From NCBI GenBank assembly GCA_963720755.1, contig CAVRGP010000011.1, forward strand, positions 544,001-608,000: a stretch of DNA of 64,000 bases, read 5' to 3'. A model generated the notes under the pieces. That model did not search any database. It was not told where the DNA came from and saw only the letters and a program-made list of their open reading frames with translations. How positions within the stretch are numbered: the stretch's first letter is position 1; the number at the start of each line of letters is the position of its first letter. A program made the position numbers and the translations under genes. This document shows, piece by piece, positions 61,614 to 64,000 of this stretch. The stretch comes from an uncultured Chloroflexia bacterium (GTDB lineage Bacteria > Chloroflexota > Limnocylindria > Limnocylindrales > CSP1-4).

Positions 61614-63137
61614 GTGCAAGCACGCTCGCTCGTCGCCGCCATCGACCAGGGGACGACGAGCAGCCGCTGCATCCTGTTCGACCGGGCCGGGCACCCGGTT
61701 GCCAGCCACCAGCTGGAACACGCCCAGATCACGCCGCGACCCGGCTGGGTCGAACACGACGCGGACGAGATCCTCGAACGTGTCCTGACCTGTGTCCGGG
61801 TCGCCCTGCGTGAGCACGGCGCCGATGCCCGCGCGCTCGCCGCCGTCGGGATCAGCGATCAGCGCGAGACCTCGGTCGTCTGGGATCGTCGGACCGGACG
61901 GCCGATCCATCGTGCCATCGTCTGGCAGGACACGCGGACCGCCGATGCGGCCCAGGGCCTGGCCGCGGACGACCCGCTCGGAGTGGATCGGTTCCGCGAC
62001 CTGACCGGCCTGCCGATCTCGACGTACTCCTCAGCGCTCAAGCTTGCCTGGATCCTCGACGATGCGGGGCCGGACGCACGAGCGGCCGCTGCCGCCGGAG
62101 ACCTGTTGTTCGGGACGATCGACACATGGCTCATCTGGCACCTGACCGGTGGGATCGACGGCGGGGTCCACGTGACCGACGTCACAAACGCCTCGCGGAC
62201 CATGCTGATGGGTCTCGGATCGTTGGCCTGGGAACCGGCGCTCCTCGAGGCGTTCCGGATCCCGGCCGCCATGCTCCCGGCCATCCGCTCGTCGTCCGAG
62301 GTCTACGGACCCGGTGTCGGGGACATCGCGGGTGTGCCCGTGGCCGGAGACCTCGGGGATCAACAGGCCGCCCTCTTCGGTCAGTCGTGTTTCGACGTCG
62401 GTCAGATCAAGTGCACGTACGGCACGGGTTGCTTCATGCTGATGCACACGGGCGCGCGGCCCGTCCACTCGAACCACGGCCTGATCACGACGGTCGCCGC
62501 CCGGCTCGGCAGTGATCCCGCGACCTACGCCCTCGAGGGATCGGTCGCGGTCGCGGGGTCCCTGATCCAGTGGCTTCGGGACAACCTCGGGATCATCGGC
62601 GACGCGTCCGAGGTCGAAACACTGGCACGCTCCGTGCCGGACAGCGGCGACGTCGTATTCGTGCCCGCGTTCTCGGGCCTGTATGCACCGCACTGGCGGA
62701 GCGATGCCCGGGGGATCATCGCCGGGCTGACCCGCTATGCGTCGCGTGGGAACATCGCCCGCGCCGCCCTTGAATCGACCGCCTACCAGGTCTACGACCT
62801 CGGGGTCGCGATGGCGGCGGATCTTGGCGAGCCGCTGCCCGACGAGCTCCGGGTCGATGGCGGGATGATCCGCAACGGACTCCTGATGCAGTTCCAGGCC
62901 GACATCCTCGATCGTCCGGTCGTGGCGCCGCCGATCGCCGAAACGAGCGCGCTCGGTGCGGCGTACGCGGCAGGGCTCGCGGTCGGATTCTGGGATGGGC
63001 TCGATGACCTGCGGGCAATGGATCGCGCCGATCAGCGTTGGGAGCCCGACATGGACGTGGCCACCCGAGCGGCCGGGATCGCCCGATGGCACAAGGGCGT
63101 CGAGCGGACGCTCGGTTGGGTGGACGCGAACCCCTGA
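61614..63137 (+). CDS. glpK: Glycerol kinase
   Basis: [50 protein letters not shown]. Confidence 0.96.
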   Translation: MQARSLVAAIDQGTTSSRCILFDRAGHPVASHQLEHAQITPRPGWVEHDADEILERVLTCVRVALREHGADARALAAVGISDQRETSVVWDRRTGRPIHRAIVWQDTRTADAAQGLAADDPLGVDRFRDLTGLPISTYSSALKLAWILDDAGPDARAAAAAGDLLFGTIDTWLIWHLTGGIDGGVHVTDVTNASRTMLMGLGSLAWEPALLEAFRIPAAMLPAIRSSSEVYGPGVGDIAGVPVAGDLGDQQAALFGQSCFDVGQIKCTYGTGCFMLMHTGARPVHSNHGLITTVAARLGSDPATYALEGSVAVAGSLIQWLRDNLGIIGDASEVETLARSVPDSGDVVFVPAFSGLYAPHWRSDARGIIAGLTRYASRGNIARAALESTAYQVYDLGVAMAADLGEPLPDELRVDGGMIRNGLLMQFQADILDRPVVAPPIAETSALGAAYAAGLAVGFWDGLDDLRAMDRADQRWEPDMDVATRAAGIARWHKGVERTLGWVDANP

Positions 63138-63210
63138 GGCGTCCTGACGGGTTGTCGCGAGTGCCGCGCGGGATGGCCAGGGCCGGCGGTCTCGCCGGAC
63201 TCCGCGCCGG

Positions 63211-64000
63211 TTACGAGGCGAGTGCACCCTGCTGGGGGAGGGCGGCTGTTCGCGCACGCTCCGCACGCCAGGCCGGGAGGTAGAGCGGCGCGGCGACCGC
63301 ACAGATGATGCCGCCGGCGATCATCGCGGTCGATACCGACGTCCCGTCGGCGAGGGCCGACAGCACGATCGCGCCGATGGCCCCGGCCGGCTGGCCGACC
63401 ATCGAGTTCAGCGACAGGACCGTCGTCCGAAGCGGGCCTTCCACTTCGCGATGGAGCAGCGTCATGTGCATCGGGTTCGATGCGCCGTGGGTCATGTAGC
63501 AGGCGAGGTACGCGACGACCAAGCCGATCGGTCCGGCCACCAGGCCCATCGCGACCACCGTCGCACCCTGCACGACCCGCAGGACCATGGCCGATCGCGC
63601 CACGCCGACGCGGCCGCTGATGAGGACCACGCCAGCGGCGCCTGCTGCGGCCGCGAACCACGCCAGCGACGCGACCGGCCCCATCGCCGCGGCGGCCTGC
63701 GCCACGTCGTCGAGCGTCTCCGACAGGCGGATGGGGAACAGGCTCTCGAAGGTGACCATCGAGAAGCCCCAGAACAGCTCGACTCCGACGATCCCGAGCA
63801 GCACGCGGGAGCCGCGCAGGAGGCCGATCCCGTCGCTGACCACCCGCGGCACCTCTCGGACGGAGTCCTTGACCGCCCCGATCCCGCGCGCCACCCGGAC
63901 CTCGCTCATCAGCAGCACGATCGCGACGAGGTTGACGACTCCGATGGCGATCGCGACCAGGACCGGGAGCGCGAGGGCAGGCACCGAGTCGGTCGGATCG
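63211..64000 (-). CDS. MFS transporter, C-terminal part (5' end outside window)
   Basis: Multiple TM segments, LHREV...RTTVLSLNSM; frame open to the window edge. Confidence 0.8.
   Translation of the reverse strand, partial: DPTDSVPALALPVLVAIAIGVVNLVAIVLLMSEVRVARGIGAVKDSVREVPRVVSDGIGLLRGSRVLLGIVGVELFWGFSMVTFESLFPIRLSETLDDVAQAAAAMGPVASLAWFAAAAGAAGVVLISGRVGVARSAMVLRVVQGATVVAMGLVAGPIGLVVAYLACYMTHGASNPMHMTLLHREVEGPLRTTVLSLNSMVGQPAGAIGAIVLSALADGTSVSTAMIAGGIICAVAAPLYLPAWRAERARTAALPQQGALAS

Noticed and set aside
63183-63200. Hairpin between convergent glpK and MFS genes as a terminator
   Set aside because: Short GC stem without a U-tract on either strand; unsupported
1-64000. tRNA/rRNA genes, CRISPR arrays, IS elements, prophage or defence genes
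   Set aside because: Almost all sequence is explained by CDS, intergenic gaps are about 215 nt or less, and no repeat arrays, transposases or integrases were seen

Overview
This high-GC bacterial window is most likely from Chloroflexota, inferred from gene order and protein style rather than a database hit. Positions 1-38,238 form one uninterrupted + strand run of about 55 genes. It starts with the S10-spc-alpha ribosomal clusters (rplC fragment to rplQ) and truA-rplM-rpsI. It continues with argF, a TPR protein, the c-di-AMP module cdaA-cdaR-glmM-glmS, acpS-nnrD-alr, a 4-gene insert of unknown function (macrodomain, small acidic protein, degenerate GlmL/MutL-like actin-fold protein, barrel-sandwich/KOW protein), tsaE-tsaB-rimI-tsaD, rsmA-ispE-ridA-glmU and a CNNM/HlyC protein. 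The rest holds a polyprenyl synthase, recO-dipeptidase-glyQS, an inverted fpr-nfnA-nfnB redox block, ppdK, an MFS, a frameshifted secreted GSDH/PKD/PPC/FxLYD protein, malic enzyme plus Zn-ADH, an M14 carboxypeptidase, a small-membrane-protein/OmpR/histidine kinase unit with a tandem operator, a DUF4203-like protein, glpK and a partial MFS. No tRNA, rRNA, CRISPR array or mobile element was seen. Best novelty candidates: the orphan macrodomain/GlmL-like module between alr and tsaE; a recurring leaderless (-10 box, 6-9 nt, start codon) promoter architecture; a hairpin leader on the infA-alpha transcript; and the Nfn/FNR/PPDK/malic enzyme redox cluster.
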